DNA of 64,000 nt from an uncultured Verrucomicrobiae bacterium (GTDB lineage Bacteria > Verrucomicrobiota > Verrucomicrobiia > Limisphaerales > Palsa-1400): NCBI GenBank assembly GCA_963764165.1, contig CAVXRD010000001.1:1344001-1408000 (forward strand). Direction: 5' to 3'. The notes below the pieces were generated by a model. It searched no databases and was not told where the DNA came from. It saw only the letters and a program-made list of their open reading frames with translations. Each line of letters begins with the position of its first letter. Position 1 is the first letter of the stretch. This document shows positions 10,098-19,866 of the stretch, in pieces. Both the position numbers and the translations under genes were made by a program.

Positions 10098-11120
10098 TCA
10101 TCGATGCGCGGAGCAATGCTGTTGGAGCCACACGATATCCTGATCGTTTGGCACCGAATCGGATGTCCACGAATAATAGGTATTGGGAATCATAGGGGGT
10201 TCGGTTCGGGGATCCAGCCATCGATGAACTTCCGAGTGTCCGTCCGCAAACGAAATGCCGCTGCAGCCGTTATGATAGTTGGCCGGAATATTGGCGAATC
10301 GGGCATTGGCGTTTGTGGCCGTCATCGACACGACAAAATAGGCGTCATTAATGGAGTCCGCTCTTTCGTCGATAAACACGAACGCATTTGCCGGACCGGG
10401 ATTCTGAATGCTCGAGAGCTTGCCGGGATTGTTAAAATCAGCAACCGGGGCGGTGCTATAATCGCCGCCATTCATCCTCATGTTCATGGAAACAGAGCGG
10501 ACGCGGGATTGGATGGACCCGTTGATATAGACCGTGCTGGGATCCGAAGGGCACACATAGAGCGGCAACGATTTGGAATAGGGCCAAAGCAAGCCTTTCG
10601 GACTCATTAGATTAGTGACGCTGGTATTGTCAGAGTCGGTCGGGTTGGACCAATCCATCCAGCCTGCCGCCCAACTGTTCGTGTTGTAGGTCAAAACGTC
10701 GTCACCCAGCGTGTTAGTGACCAGCAAATCGGCGGAATCGCCGGCGTATAACGTCCAGGCGATGCTTAATTGTTTCATGTTGGATGAGCATTTGATTCCC
10801 TTCGCCTGTTCTTTGGATTTCGCTAATGCCGGAAGCAGCAACGACGCCACGATGGCAATGATGGCAATAACCACCAGCAATTCGATCAGGGTGAATGCTT
10901 TCGTGTCCGCAACCCTGAGCCGGATGGTTTGGGGAGCGCACGCGCCTCGCGTGCCGTGTTCCGCGCCCTCGCGGAACACATTCGATGCCTGAACCGTTCG
11001 GTTGGACGAATTTGCCAAAGGCGACTGGCGAGGCGCCAGTCGTCCACACCCGAGGGCGGGTGTGCTCCCCGTGAAATGAACCGCATCGTCCCGGCTAAGT
11101 TTTTGCCATGATGCCTTCAT
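10098..11120 (-). CDS. Prepilin-type N-terminal cleavage / DUF1559 (H-X9-DG) protein
   Basis: [16 protein letters not shown] and [14 protein letters not shown] motifs. Confidence 0.9.
   Translation of the reverse strand: MKASWQKLSRDDAVHFTGSTPALGCGRLAPRQSPLANSSNRTVQASNVFREGAEHGTRGACAPQTIRLRVADTKAFTLIELLVVIAIIAIVASLLLPALAKSKEQAKGIKCSSNMKQLSIAWTLYAGDSADLLVTNTLGDDVLTYNTNSWAAGWMDWSNPTDSDNTSVTNLMSPKGLLWPYSKSLPLYVCPSDPSTVYINGSIQSRVRSVSMNMRMNGGDYSTAPVADFNNPGKLSSIQNPGPANAFVFIDERADSINDAYFVVSMTATNANARFANIPANYHNGCSGISFADGHSEVHRWLDPRTEPPMIPNTYYSWTSDSVPNDQDIVWLQQHCSAHR
10931..11070. repeat. GGGGAGCGCACGCG-family REPIN inside the prepilin leader coding region
   Basis: Inverted ends ggggagcgcacgcgcctcgcgtg / cacacccgagggcgggtgtgctcccc with internal hairpins. 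Confidence 0.75.
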
Positions 11121-11144
11121 GATTTAGTTGTATTTTTTTTGGTA

Positions 11145-12884
11145 TTACTCTGGCCAAACCGCGTCGCAATCCTTGCTCTGAAAGGCGGGGCCTCGCACGC
11201 CGCCCTTGTCCGTCCCGCCCCATCCCATTGAGTAAAGAATAAACGTGCCATCAGCGGCGCGGTGATAATGAGGAGGCTGTCCACCGATGACATCCCGCGG
11301 GATTTTATCAATGAACTGCGGGGAAAGAGCGTCAAGGGTTTCGGGATATTCGCCGTGGGCCAGCCGGTGGCGTTCGAGGGCGCAGACAATGAGCGCCTGA
11401 TTCACCTGCGTCTGGCTGTGGGCGGCATTTTGACAAATCCGGAGGAAATTAATTGTGCCCAGGCTGGCAATCGCGGCATATGGCGTCCCGTTTGTAAACG
11501 ACCGCGCCTTCATCATGGCAGCCTCGACTTTGTCCGGGAAAATGAAGGATCTTGCGGCATCGAGGCCCGATGCAAATTCCAGTTCAATGTTAATCCGGGC
11601 GGCCATTTTCTGGTAGCCCCAGCCTGCCGGGAAGACCCCACCAATGGCTGCGCTGCTCGGCGTTGTCCAGGTATTGGTGTTGCGATCCAGGGCGTTGCAC
11701 GTCTGCATTCGGTCGATATCGAAGGCTTGTTGCACCGGCGGCAGGATTTGGATTGTTTTGAGCTGCTCTTCGAGCACGGCCAATTGCGGTTCGCGCCAGG
11801 CTTTCAAGCGGACGCCCTCCGAGACTTGCGTCGCGTAAAGTCCTCTGATGGCTGAGTTAATCATTGCCCCCAGCCACATCATCGGCTTGTTCGCTTCGAA
11901 GACGGGGTGGCAAAAATCATGCGCCAGCGTCAGGTCGCGCAGCGATTCCCCGGGCTGGCCCAAAAGAAAATGACATTCCGCTCTGGCGGCCAGAATTTGC
12001 GCAAGGTGCCGGGCGGAGACGAAATTAGGCGTTGGAACGGTCTGCTGATACTCATAGGAGCCCGCCATCCTTGCTTTTGGACGCAGCAATGCCTGGCGTA
12101 TCAATGCGAATTGGGGCTCGAGCTTGTCACTCCACGCCAGATAATCATCCACTCTCGCGAGAACAGGCATGGTTAAACGATAGGAACCGCCGCCACCCGG
12201 CTCAATCTTCAGCACCCGCTCGGACAAATCCGGTTTTGCGCGCAGGATGGAGTCGGGCAGAAAATTCTGCAGATCCTTTTCAGTCGGCGCAGCCTGGCAT
12301 TGCAAAAAAATTCGCGCCGCATGGACCTCCTCTGGCCGCCGCAGCATCAACCCCACACCGATCGAAGATTCCGGCGCGGTGGCCGTAGGCCCGATGGCAT
12401 TTGTCACCAACCGCGCGGCTTCCGCCGACGCCGCCTTATCGTCCCACCGCAGTGCCACAGCGCCGTCAGGCGCTGCCCCTCCCGCCAGGCCAACGGTCAG
12501 TTCGGCAACAGTGATGCGCGCGGCATTGCTGTCGATGTTAATCCCCGGATAAGTCGGAGAGGACAATTCCTTTGACAAGTCGTTCCATCCTCCGTCGCCT
12601 CGTCCGACAAACCATTTTTGCATCTCGGGAACGCCGAAGAAGTTTTCATCCGCGGGCACCGGCTCGGGAATGGTCTCGGCCCAATTCTGCTTGACACCTT
12701 GGCTTGCCAGGCGGCGCTTGCAATTTTCCCAAGCCCGCCGCCCGCGCCAATTTTCCTCTGCGTAAAGGAGCCCGATCAAGCCCGCGCAAAACGCGAAGCC
12801 GAGAAAACGAAGCAGGAGTATTTTCCTGCCTCTCGTTCGTTCAGCACCCGCCGAGGGTTTTCGCCCGTCGTTCATGCGCATCAA
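11145..12884 (-). CDS. Membrane-anchored hypothetical protein with GspG-like C-terminus
   Basis: N-terminal TM; C-terminal ALERHRLAHGEYPETL...FILYSMGW..GTDKGG. Confidence 0.7.
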   Translation of the reverse strand: MMRMNDGRKPSAGAERTRGRKILLLRFLGFAFCAGLIGLLYAEENWRGRRAWENCKRRLASQGVKQNWAETIPEPVPADENFFGVPEMQKWFVGRGDGGWNDLSKELSSPTYPGINIDSNAARITVAELTVGLAGGAAPDGAVALRWDDKAASAEAARLVTNAIGPTATAPESSIGVGLMLRRPEEVHAARIFLQCQAAPTEKDLQNFLPDSILRAKPDLSERVLKIEPGGGGSYRLTMPVLARVDDYLAWSDKLEPQFALIRQALLRPKARMAGSYEYQQTVPTPNFVSARHLAQILAARAECHFLLGQPGESLRDLTLAHDFCHPVFEANKPMMWLGAMINSAIRGLYATQVSEGVRLKAWREPQLAVLEEQLKTIQILPPVQQAFDIDRMQTCNALDRNTNTWTTPSSAAIGGVFPAGWGYQKMAARINIELEFASGLDAARSFIFPDKVEAAMMKARSFTNGTPYAAIASLGTINFLRICQNAAHSQTQVNQALIVCALERHRLAHGEYPETLDALSPQFIDKIPRDVIGGQPPHYHRAADGTFILYSMGWGGTDKGGVRGPAFQSKDCDAVWPE

Positions 12885-12994
12885 TCACCGGCGTCCGCAA
12901 AAAGTCTTAAGTTTTCATTTTATGGCATTATTTTGACAAGATGGACTGCAGAGCGTCACGCGCCGGGTGTGAGACAGAATTCTACTGGCGGTCT

Positions 12995-13210
12995 TTTCAT
13001 TAACACACCGCTTCAGCGGGGTGGTCCGTGGCCGCGAAAGGAGAAACCGTTTTAACGGTTTCCGGCGTTGCCTTGGCTTGCGTCACCGCCTGAATGTGTT
13101 CTGTTTCTGTCCATTCCCCCTCCCGTAAGTGGCGCGATGACAAAACCGTTAAAACGGTTTTTGTGGCTCCGGCTGCGCCCACACCCCGCTGAAGCGGTGT
13201 GTTAATGAAA
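12995..13210. repeat. REPIN/MITE with perfect 29-bp terminal inverted repeats
   Basis: tttcattaacacaccgcttcagcggggtg and its exact reverse complement; inner AAACCGTT..AACGGTTT palindromes. Confidence 0.85.
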
Positions 13211-13365
13211 TGCACGGTGAGCGCAAAATATGCGGCCGTATATAAATTCGTCCGGCTACCATGAGGGAAATTACGCTCGAAGAATTTTGCCTCACAACCT
13301 CTGGCGCGAGGCAACATGTTTTATCCTGTTCATCTTGTCCAAGAATCTGGATAATTACCAATCAT

Positions 13366-13737
13366 ATGTCTGTTTCGATTTACTACAGCGCCAAGCGGCG
13401 GACCCCGCTGACGGCGTCGGAAAAGGAGATTGTCGGCGCGATTGTCCGCTGGTTCTCTGTTGATAAGAAAATAGAGAAGTATATGCAGTCGGGCGAGGGA
13501 CTGAATTGGGAATCTTTTTGCGTTTACGACAAGCCGTCGGCCCCGGATGTGATATTTGAGGGAGCAACGAAGCTGCCCGACAACACCAAAGAAGCAGTGT
13601 GGACTGGCGTTTGGCACTGGTGTTCCCTGCTTTCATTCATCCGGCTCGTGTTGCACGACGCCGAGTGGCGGGTTGCAGTCGAGAATCACCGTATCAAATG
13701 GAACGAGCAGGAGCGAAGATACGATCCTCGCACCTAA
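13366..13737 (+). CDS. Hypothetical protein
   Basis: MSVSIYYSAKR...; globular composition; isolated between repeat elements. Confidence 0.7.
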   Translation: MSVSIYYSAKRRTPLTASEKEIVGAIVRWFSVDKKIEKYMQSGEGLNWESFCVYDKPSAPDVIFEGATKLPDNTKEAVWTGVWHWCSLLSFIRLVLHDAEWRVAVENHRIKWNEQERRYDPRT

Positions 13738-13830
13738 CCGCGAAAGGGCGGTGGTTAGCCTGCATTCGAATCTTGCAGGCCGCGAGCCCTTACGCGGCGG
13801 ACGCCGGGTCAGTGGACCTGGCTAAACCGA

Positions 13831-14064
13831 ATCCCGGCGGGATGCCGGATTGCAGCCGGTGGTTGAGCGGCAGCGACACCACCGGATTATGATTTAGAAC
13901 TGGCATGCACCCCGAAAGCGGGTGCCAGAATCCGGCGTAAAAAACGACGCACGGTATTTGGACGGCGATGGGACGCCTTTCAGGGTCCGGGAGATTTTTG
14001 ACATTGTTTCCGGTGGTGTCGCTGCCGCTCAACCACCAGCTACAATCTTCGATGCCTCCGGCAT
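13831..14064. repeat. REPIN-like element with 39-bp inverted arms
   Basis: 13848-13886 and 14009-14047 are inverted copies with 2 mismatches; small terminal hairpins. Confidence 0.8.
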
Positions 14065-14150
14065 CCGTAGCGGCATCTCCAGCGGGCGGCGTCCATGGGT
14101 TTCGCATTCTTAAATCGCTTGTTCTAACCATCTATTCCTGCTCTCATTCA

Positions 14151-14351
14151 GAGCGTGTTTGGAAAATAGCTTGGGTAAGGGATTGCGAGCGCGGCGGGGC
14201 GGATGGCGAGGCAGCCCGCAGAGCGGGCAGCTATTAATTTGTTCTGACTCGACGAAGGAAAATATCCCTCATGGATCTTCGACTGAGGAGCAACGAAGCC
14301 AGCCGCCCCGCCCCGCCGCAACACCGCCCAAGCTATTTTCAAAACACGCTC
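14151..14351. mobile_element. MITE with 25-bp TIRs and TCA target-site duplication (IS5-family-like)
   Basis: TIR gagcgtgtttggaaaatagcttggg / cccaagctattttcaaaacacgctc (1 mismatch), flanked by TCA on both sides. Confidence 0.8.
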
Positions 14352-14364
14352 TCAGTCAAATCCC

Positions 14365-15528
14365 ATGAAAAAGCGTCCATTCTGCGCCATCTTGTTAAGT
14401 CTGCTGGCCGGGCTTTGCGTCACCCGCGGCTTTGCGGATGACAAAGCGACCGCGAGTCCGGAGGTGGCGGCTGCCATGCAGCCTTACTTTGACAGCTATA
14501 AGCTGGCTGGGGTCATCGCCATTATTGCCGACAAGACCGGAAGGGTTCATTACAAAAACCTGCTCGGCTATGCAGATGTCGAGGCAAAAAAACCGATGAG
14601 CGAAGACAACGTATTTTGGGTGGCTTCCATGACCAAGATGTTCGCCGGGGCGTCCATCATGATGCTGGCAGATGAAGGCAAAGTCAGACTGGATGATCCC
14701 GTCACCAACTACATCCCGCAACTATCGAAATGGATGGTTGTGGAAGAAAAGGATGAGAATCACGTGCTGCTAAAGCCTTTGGTTCGTCCCGTGACAATTC
14801 GGCATTTGCTAAGCCACACCAGCGGCCTGACAGCAATGTCAGAGCTTCAGCAAGTGACTGGCGCGGACAGCACACCATTGAAGGCCCGCGCATTGAGTTC
14901 CGTCACCGGCCCGCTCCAATCGCAGCCGGGCGACAAATACGCCTATGGCAATCAGGGCATGAACATCGCCGCGCGTGTTGTCGAAATCGTCAGCGGCATG
15001 GCTTACGAGGGTTTTTTGCAAAAGCGTTTTTTTGATCCATTGAAAATGACCGAGACAACTTTTTGGCCCAGCGACGCGCAGATCGCGAGGCTGGCCGGCG
15101 CTTACGGCCCAAATAAGTCCAAGGACGGTTACGCCAAAGGCGGCATTGGCTTTCTTACGAAGCCATTCCATGACCGCGTCCGCCGTTTTCCTGAAGCCGC
15201 AGGCGGCTTGTTCTCCACCACGCACGATGTTTTCCGCTATGGCCTTATGCTGGCCAATGAAGGGGAACTGGACGGCCAGCGCTATCTTTCCCACGCTGCC
15301 ATGGATGAATTGCGAAGGAAGCAGACCGGAGCGACCGACGTAGGTTACAGCCTGGGTTACCACTTGCGAAACGGAATGTTCGGCCACGACGGGGCCTACG
15401 GCACCGATTTGTCCGTCAACCCCACAAATGGCATGGTGGCCATCTTCATGGTCCAATGCACGAGTGGCGACCAATGGGCCGCGCGTGACTTGTTTCTCAA
15501 AACAGCCACCGAAGTATTTCAAAAATGA
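14365..15528 (+). CDS. Serine hydrolase, beta-lactamase class C-like family, secreted
   Basis: Signal peptide; SMTK, LLSHTSG, YGN and HDG motifs. Confidence 0.9.
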   Translation: MKKRPFCAILLSLLAGLCVTRGFADDKATASPEVAAAMQPYFDSYKLAGVIAIIADKTGRVHYKNLLGYADVEAKKPMSEDNVFWVASMTKMFAGASIMMLADEGKVRLDDPVTNYIPQLSKWMVVEEKDENHVLLKPLVRPVTIRHLLSHTSGLTAMSELQQVTGADSTPLKARALSSVTGPLQSQPGDKYAYGNQGMNIAARVVEIVSGMAYEGFLQKRFFDPLKMTETTFWPSDAQIARLAGAYGPNKSKDGYAKGGIGFLTKPFHDRVRRFPEAAGGLFSTTHDVFRYGLMLANEGELDGQRYLSHAAMDELRRKQTGATDVGYSLGYHLRNGMFGHDGAYGTDLSVNPTNGMVAIFMVQCTSGDQWAARDLFLKTATEVFQK

Positions 15529-15565
15529 GGCGCTGAATCAGAACGTTCGCAAATGATCAGTTCTC

Positions 15566-15735
15566 AAATTAAATAATCTGGAACGCCCGAATGCTGGAAA
15601 AGAGGCCGGAGTCGTTTTGCAAGTGATGGGCGGTGAGATGAATTAAGGCTCAGTGCCGGATCCGAAGTCACGATGCGTGTGAATCCGCCTTCATCTCTTT
15701 TCCTGAGTTCGGTCGTTCCAGATTCAATTTTTCCC
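15566..15735. repeat. ~170-bp hairpin element, copy 1 (left of the TA module)
   Basis: Arms aatctggaacgcccgaatgctggaaaaga / tcttttcctgagttcggtcgttccagatt; homologous to 16403-16579. Confidence 0.8.
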
Positions 15736-15781
15736 ATTTTTTCTCCAAAAAACCACGGCGTCCCGCATTGACTTGCATTGG

Positions 15782-16093
15782 TCAGGACTCCATTTTCATC
15801 ACGACCAGATTCATCGTGCCGGAACGAACTCGATAAAAAACAACATCTTTCGCCGGGGTGACGGAATAGAAAATGAGCCAGCGCGCGAAGCCATTCCCCC
15901 GCCAGGAACGGATGCCAACCGGGGATAAATCCTTACGCTCCCGTCCAATATGTGGATTCTCCTCAATGAACTCAATTGTTGCGAGCAAGGCTTGATACCA
16001 CCGCTCCGCAACGTCCGCGCCCGCGTTCTCGTTGAGCCAGATTAGCTCCTCGGCCAAGTCTGCCAGGAAGTGCGGGCGTTTGCGGGCGCTCAC
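15782..16093 (-). CDS. ParE/RelE family toxin
   Basis: 103 aa; AERWYQAL, NPHIGRER and WLIFY motifs. Confidence 0.85.
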   Translation of the reverse strand: MSARKRPHFLADLAEELIWLNENAGADVAERWYQALLATIEFIEENPHIGRERKDLSPVGIRSWRGNGFARWLIFYSVTPAKDVVFYRVRSGTMNLVVMKMES

Positions 16094-16344
16094 CTCTTGC
16101 CCTTTAACACCCGATCACGGATGGCCTCCATTTCCTTTCTGGTCAAGGGCGTGGCCGGACCGCTGGCGACGGCCTCATCAATCCATTGTTGGTCGCGCTT
16201 GGTGGTCAGCGCGGCGTCAATCTGGAAGGTTCGTTCCAGGCGGCTCATGGCCTCCTGGGTGAGGCTGCGGAAATTCGCGGCCGCTTCCCTTTTCAACTGC
16301 GCGTGCAGTTCGATCGGGATGTCTTTCAACGTAATGCTCGCCAT
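16090..16344 (-). CDS. Antitoxin (Arc/FitA-like RHH N-terminus, ParD-like tail)
   Basis: MASITLKDIPIELHAQLK..A.AN.RSL motif; 4-bp overlap with the toxin gene. Confidence 0.8.
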   Translation of the reverse strand: MASITLKDIPIELHAQLKREAAANFRSLTQEAMSRLERTFQIDAALTTKRDQQWIDEAVASGPATPLTRKEMEAIRDRVLKGKR

Positions 16345-16402
16345 ACACCGCAACCATAACGGCACCACACTGGTTTGACAAGCTGACTCGACAGCTGGCA
16401 AA

Positions 16403-16579
16403 GGGAAAATTAAATAATCAGGAACGCCCGAACGCAGGAAAAGAAGGCCGAAGTCCTTTCGCAGGTGATGGATGGTGAGACTAGTTTCGGCTCAGCGCCT
16501 GACCCGAATCAACGGCGCGCATGGACGACAAGTTCAGTCTCTTTTTCTGCGTTCGGGCGTTCCTGATTCAATTTTTCCC
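16403..16579. repeat. ~175-bp hairpin element, copy 2 (right of the TA module)
   Basis: 29-bp arms aatcaggaacgcccgaacgcaggaaaaga / tctttttctgcgttcgggcgttcctgatt, 1 mismatch. Confidence 0.8.
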
Positions 16580-16708
16580 CACCTCTTCGTTATCTTCGTT
16601 CCCTTCTGTTCAACATCAGATGCAGGCAGGGTCTCGCCTCTCGAAGTTGTTCCGAACGAAGCCGAATTCGGAATTGCGCCCCGGGTTTCCGCAAACGATA
16701 ATTCCAAC

Positions 16709-17770
16709 GTGACAGCCAATTCTTCAACGCTCGCCGGACGCGGCACGGCCAGCAATCCGGCCAACCGCTTCGAGCAGATCACCGTCGAGCGCGATCCGGA
16801 TTGGAATCCGGAGGAGGACGTTGCGCCGCGAACACAATTCCTCCGCGACGCCTCGCAAACGGCCATCACTTACAACGACAGCCCCGACATCCCATTCAAC
16901 GCCAGCATCAACCCCTACCGCGGCTGCGAGCATGGCTGTGTCTATTGTTATGCGCGGCCGTTTCACGAATTTCTCGGATTTTCGGCGGGGCTCGATTTCG
17001 AGACGAAAATCATGGTGAAGGAAAATGCGCCCCAGCTTTTGCGCAAGGAACTCGGTTCGAAAAAATGGAAGCCGCAAGTTATTTGCATGAGCGGCGTGAC
17101 GGATTGTTACCAACCCGCGGAGCGGAAGTTCCGGTTGACGCGCGGCTGCCTCGAAGTCCTGGCGGAATGCCGCAATCCGGTCGGCATCATCACGAAAAAT
17201 TTCCTCGTGACACGCGACATCGACGTCTTGCAGGAGCTGGCGAAATATCACGCAGCCAGCGTTTGCGTCTCCGTCACCACGCTGGATTCCGATTTGGCGC
17301 GCGCGCTGGAGCCCCGCACGTCCTCGCCGCGGCAGCGTTTGCAGGCGATTGAAATGCTGGCCAAAGCCGGAATTCATGTGGGCGTCAACGTGGCGCCGAT
17401 CATCCCGGGCCTGACCGATCACGAAATTCTGCCCATCGTGCAAGCCTGCGCGGATGCGGGGGCGAATTTTGCGGGCTACACGATCGTGCGCTTGCCGTAT
17501 GCCGTGAAAGATTTGTTCGAGCAATGGCTGGACGCCCACGCGCCCGGCAAAAAGGAAAAAGTGCTCAACCGCATTCGCTCGATGCGCGACGGAAAACTAA
17601 ACGTCTCCGACTTCGGACGCCGCATGTCTGGCGAAGGGATTTTCGCCGATCAAATCCGGCAATCCTTCGCCGTCGCCCGCCGCAAAGCCGGATTGAACGG
17701 AGACCGTTATGAGCTTTCGAGCGCCGCCTTTCGGCGGCCACAGGGAGCGCAGTTGGGGTTGGATTTATGA
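16709..17770 (+). CDS. PA0069-family radical SAM protein
   Basis: NPYRGCEHGCVYCYAR motif; GRG..SNP.NRF N-terminus; GTG start proposed. Confidence 0.9.
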   Translation: MTANSSTLAGRGTASNPANRFEQITVERDPDWNPEEDVAPRTQFLRDASQTAITYNDSPDIPFNASINPYRGCEHGCVYCYARPFHEFLGFSAGLDFETKIMVKENAPQLLRKELGSKKWKPQVICMSGVTDCYQPAERKFRLTRGCLEVLAECRNPVGIITKNFLVTRDIDVLQELAKYHAASVCVSVTTLDSDLARALEPRTSSPRQRLQAIEMLAKAGIHVGVNVAPIIPGLTDHEILPIVQACADAGANFAGYTIVRLPYAVKDLFEQWLDAHAPGKKEKVLNRIRSMRDGKLNVSDFGRRMSGEGIFADQIRQSFAVARRKAGLNGDRYELSSAAFRRPQGAQLGLDL

Positions 17771-19866
17771 GGCGCTTTTTCAGCTCCGCTAGGAGCGACA
17801 TAGATGTAGATAACCGACATCATGAGAACCAAAAGCTCCGCAGGAGCGGCACATTCCGTTTGGCGTCAATTCAGGCGCCGCCTCTCTGCTGCATTGCGGA
17901 AGATGCGGTCGGCGGGGGCGCCGACCGCGACACGCGAGGGCGCATGTGCTCCCCAGACTCTGATTCCGGGGAGCGCACGCGCCCCCGCGTGCAGCGGGAC
18001 GCGCCTCGCGGCCCGCATCAGGAATGCGCAGAAATTCAGAAATCTGCAACGTGCGCCATTGCCATCTCTGTAATCGCGTTTTATTTCTTTTCGCTTGGTT
18101 GCACTGCCCTAGCTCAACTCTCCTCGACCGAAGAAAAAGAGCCGCGCTCCGCGTTGCAAGACGTCATCCTCCATGTAAACCAAGTGGCTTACGATCAAAT
18201 GGCCCCAAAATTTGCCGTGGTGGAGACCGCCGAACGGCTTCCGGAATCGAGCGCATTTCGAGTGAAGGACGCGCTGAGTTCTTCGACGGCTTTCGAAGGA
18301 AAGTTGGAGGCAAGCCAGAAGTGCGCGGAATGGTTTCCTGGAAGATATTTTTATCGGGCTGACTTCTCCTCATTGCAGCAGCCGGGCCATTTCAAGCTCG
18401 CTATCGCGCAGAATGGAAAGGAACGCGAGTCCTATGATTTCGAAATCGGGAAAAGCGCGCTGGCCACGCAAACCGTGCCAGCCATTATCCAATATTACCG
18501 TCATCAGCGGGCGAATTCGCCGGAAGAATTGAAGGCAGACGAGCATGTGCTTCTCTACGGCAGCACCAACCGGGTTGATTTGCGCGGAGGCTGGTGTGAC
18601 GCTTCGGGGGATGTCAGCAAATACTTTTCGCATTTGGCCTACGCCAATTTCATGTCGCCCCAGCAGACGCCCCTGGTGGTTTGGTCCATGGTCAATGCAG
18701 TGGACACCGCTCCCGCCCTGCTCGACAGCTTGCGACAAAAAACACCGTTGATGGATGAAGCCATCTACGGCGCCGATTACGTCATGCGTTCGCTCTCGCC
18801 GGGAGATTATTTTTACATGACGCTGTTCAGCTATTTTAAAAAAGATCCTGAGGAGCGCCGGGTCGTCGGGCTGCTGGCGGACAGCAAAACGACCGCGGAT
18901 TACCAATGCGCGTTTCGCGAAGGAGGCGGGATGGCCATCGCCGCCTTGGCCCGCATTTCGCAATGGAAGAAAGACGGGCAATTTTCGTCGGGGCAATATC
19001 TGGACGGCGCGGTGCGGGCGTTCGCGCATTTGCTTGTCAACAACACAAAATACGACGATGATGGCAAAGAGAATATCATTGACGATTACTGCGCCTTGAT
19101 GGCGGCCACCGAATTATGGATGGCGACGGACAAGGCCCTCTATCGCGACGAAGCGAGGAAACGCGCGAAAAATCTTGCCGGAAGAATGTCGACGGAAGGA
19201 TACTTCATCGCCAATGACGGCGGGCGCCCCTTCTGGCACGCGTCGGACGCCGGGCTGCCGGTCATTGCCTTGGCGCGTTATCTTGACAAGGAAAATGACC
19301 TGCCCTCCCGGCAGAAGGCGCTCGGCACGATCAAGAAATTCCTGGATTACCAATTGCGGGTCACCACGAATGCCAGCAATCCTTTTGGGTATGCGCGCCA
19401 GTCGTTTCTGTTTCGCGGGCAGGTCAAGGATGGCTTTTTCATCCCGCATGAAAACGAAAGCGGCTGGTGGTGGCAGGGGGAAAATGCGCGCTTGGCATCT
19501 CTTGCGGCGGCCGCGATTGTCGGAGGGCGGCTGGTTTATCCAGGATCGGGCGCGTTCGGAGTCAAACCAGAGTTGGCCAATTTTGCCAGCGACCAGTTGG
19601 CGTGGATATTGGGCAAAAATCCCTTTGATATGTGTTTCATGTATCAGTTCGGACGCAACAATGTCCCTTACATGAGTTCCAGTTTTGGCCACGGCTCGGG
19701 CCGGGGTGGGATTTCCAACGGCATCACCGGCAAAGATGGCAGTCCGGATGGTTCAGGCATTGACTTCAAAACGCACGCCAACGGCAACGAATGGCGCTGG
19801 ACTGAGCAATGGCTGCCGCATTCCGCGTGGTTCCTGCAGGCGGTGGCTGCGATGTCCACACAATGA
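17767..19866 (+). CDS. Glycoside hydrolase family 9 (Ig-like plus catalytic domain), secreted; start uncertain
   Basis: VNQVAY, DLRGGWCDASGD and EQWLPH motifs; hydrophobic signal at about residues 95-116. Confidence 0.85.
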   Translation: MRRFFSSARSDIDVDNRHHENQKLRRSGTFRLASIQAPPLCCIAEDAVGGGADRDTRGRMCSPDSDSGERTRPRVQRDAPRGPHQECAEIQKSATCAIAISVIAFYFFSLGCTALAQLSSTEEKEPRSALQDVILHVNQVAYDQMAPKFAVVETAERLPESSAFRVKDALSSSTAFEGKLEASQKCAEWFPGRYFYRADFSSLQQPGHFKLAIAQNGKERESYDFEIGKSALATQTVPAIIQYYRHQRANSPEELKADEHVLLYGSTNRVDLRGGWCDASGDVSKYFSHLAYANFMSPQQTPLVVWSMVNAVDTAPALLDSLRQKTPLMDEAIYGADYVMRSLSPGDYFYMTLFSYFKKDPEERRVVGLLADSKTTADYQCAFREGGGMAIAALARISQWKKDGQFSSGQYLDGAVRAFAHLLVNNTKYDDDGKENIIDDYCALMAATELWMATDKALYRDEARKRAKNLAGRMSTEGYFIANDGGRPFWHASDAGLPVIALARYLDKENDLPSRQKALGTIKKFLDYQLRVTTNASNPFGYARQSFLFRGQVKDGFFIPHENESGWWWQGENARLASLAAAAIVGGRLVYPGSGAFGVKPELANFASDQLAWILGKNPFDMCFMYQFGRNNVPYMSSSFGHGSGRGGISNGITGKDGSPDGSGIDFKTHANGNEWRWTEQWLPHSAWFLQAVAAMSTQ
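17782..17852. repeat. AGCTCCG(N)AGGAGCG REP-like pair
   Basis: agctccgctaggagcgacat ... agctccgcaggagcggcac. Confidence 0.65.
17905..18016. repeat. Two GGGGAGCGCACGCG-family halves, foot-to-foot
   Basis: cacgcgagggcgcatgtgctcccc ... ggggagcgcacgcgcccccgcgtg; same family as 10931-11070. Confidence 0.75.

Noticed and set aside
14365..15528. Antibiotic-resistance beta-lactamase
   Set aside because: The motifs fit the broad serine hydrolase/esterase family, and there is no evidence of a resistance function.
16472..16708. Upstream extensions of the radical SAM ORF (and of GT10 at 59461-59694)
   Set aside because: They read through repeats, but good starts exist where family similarity begins.
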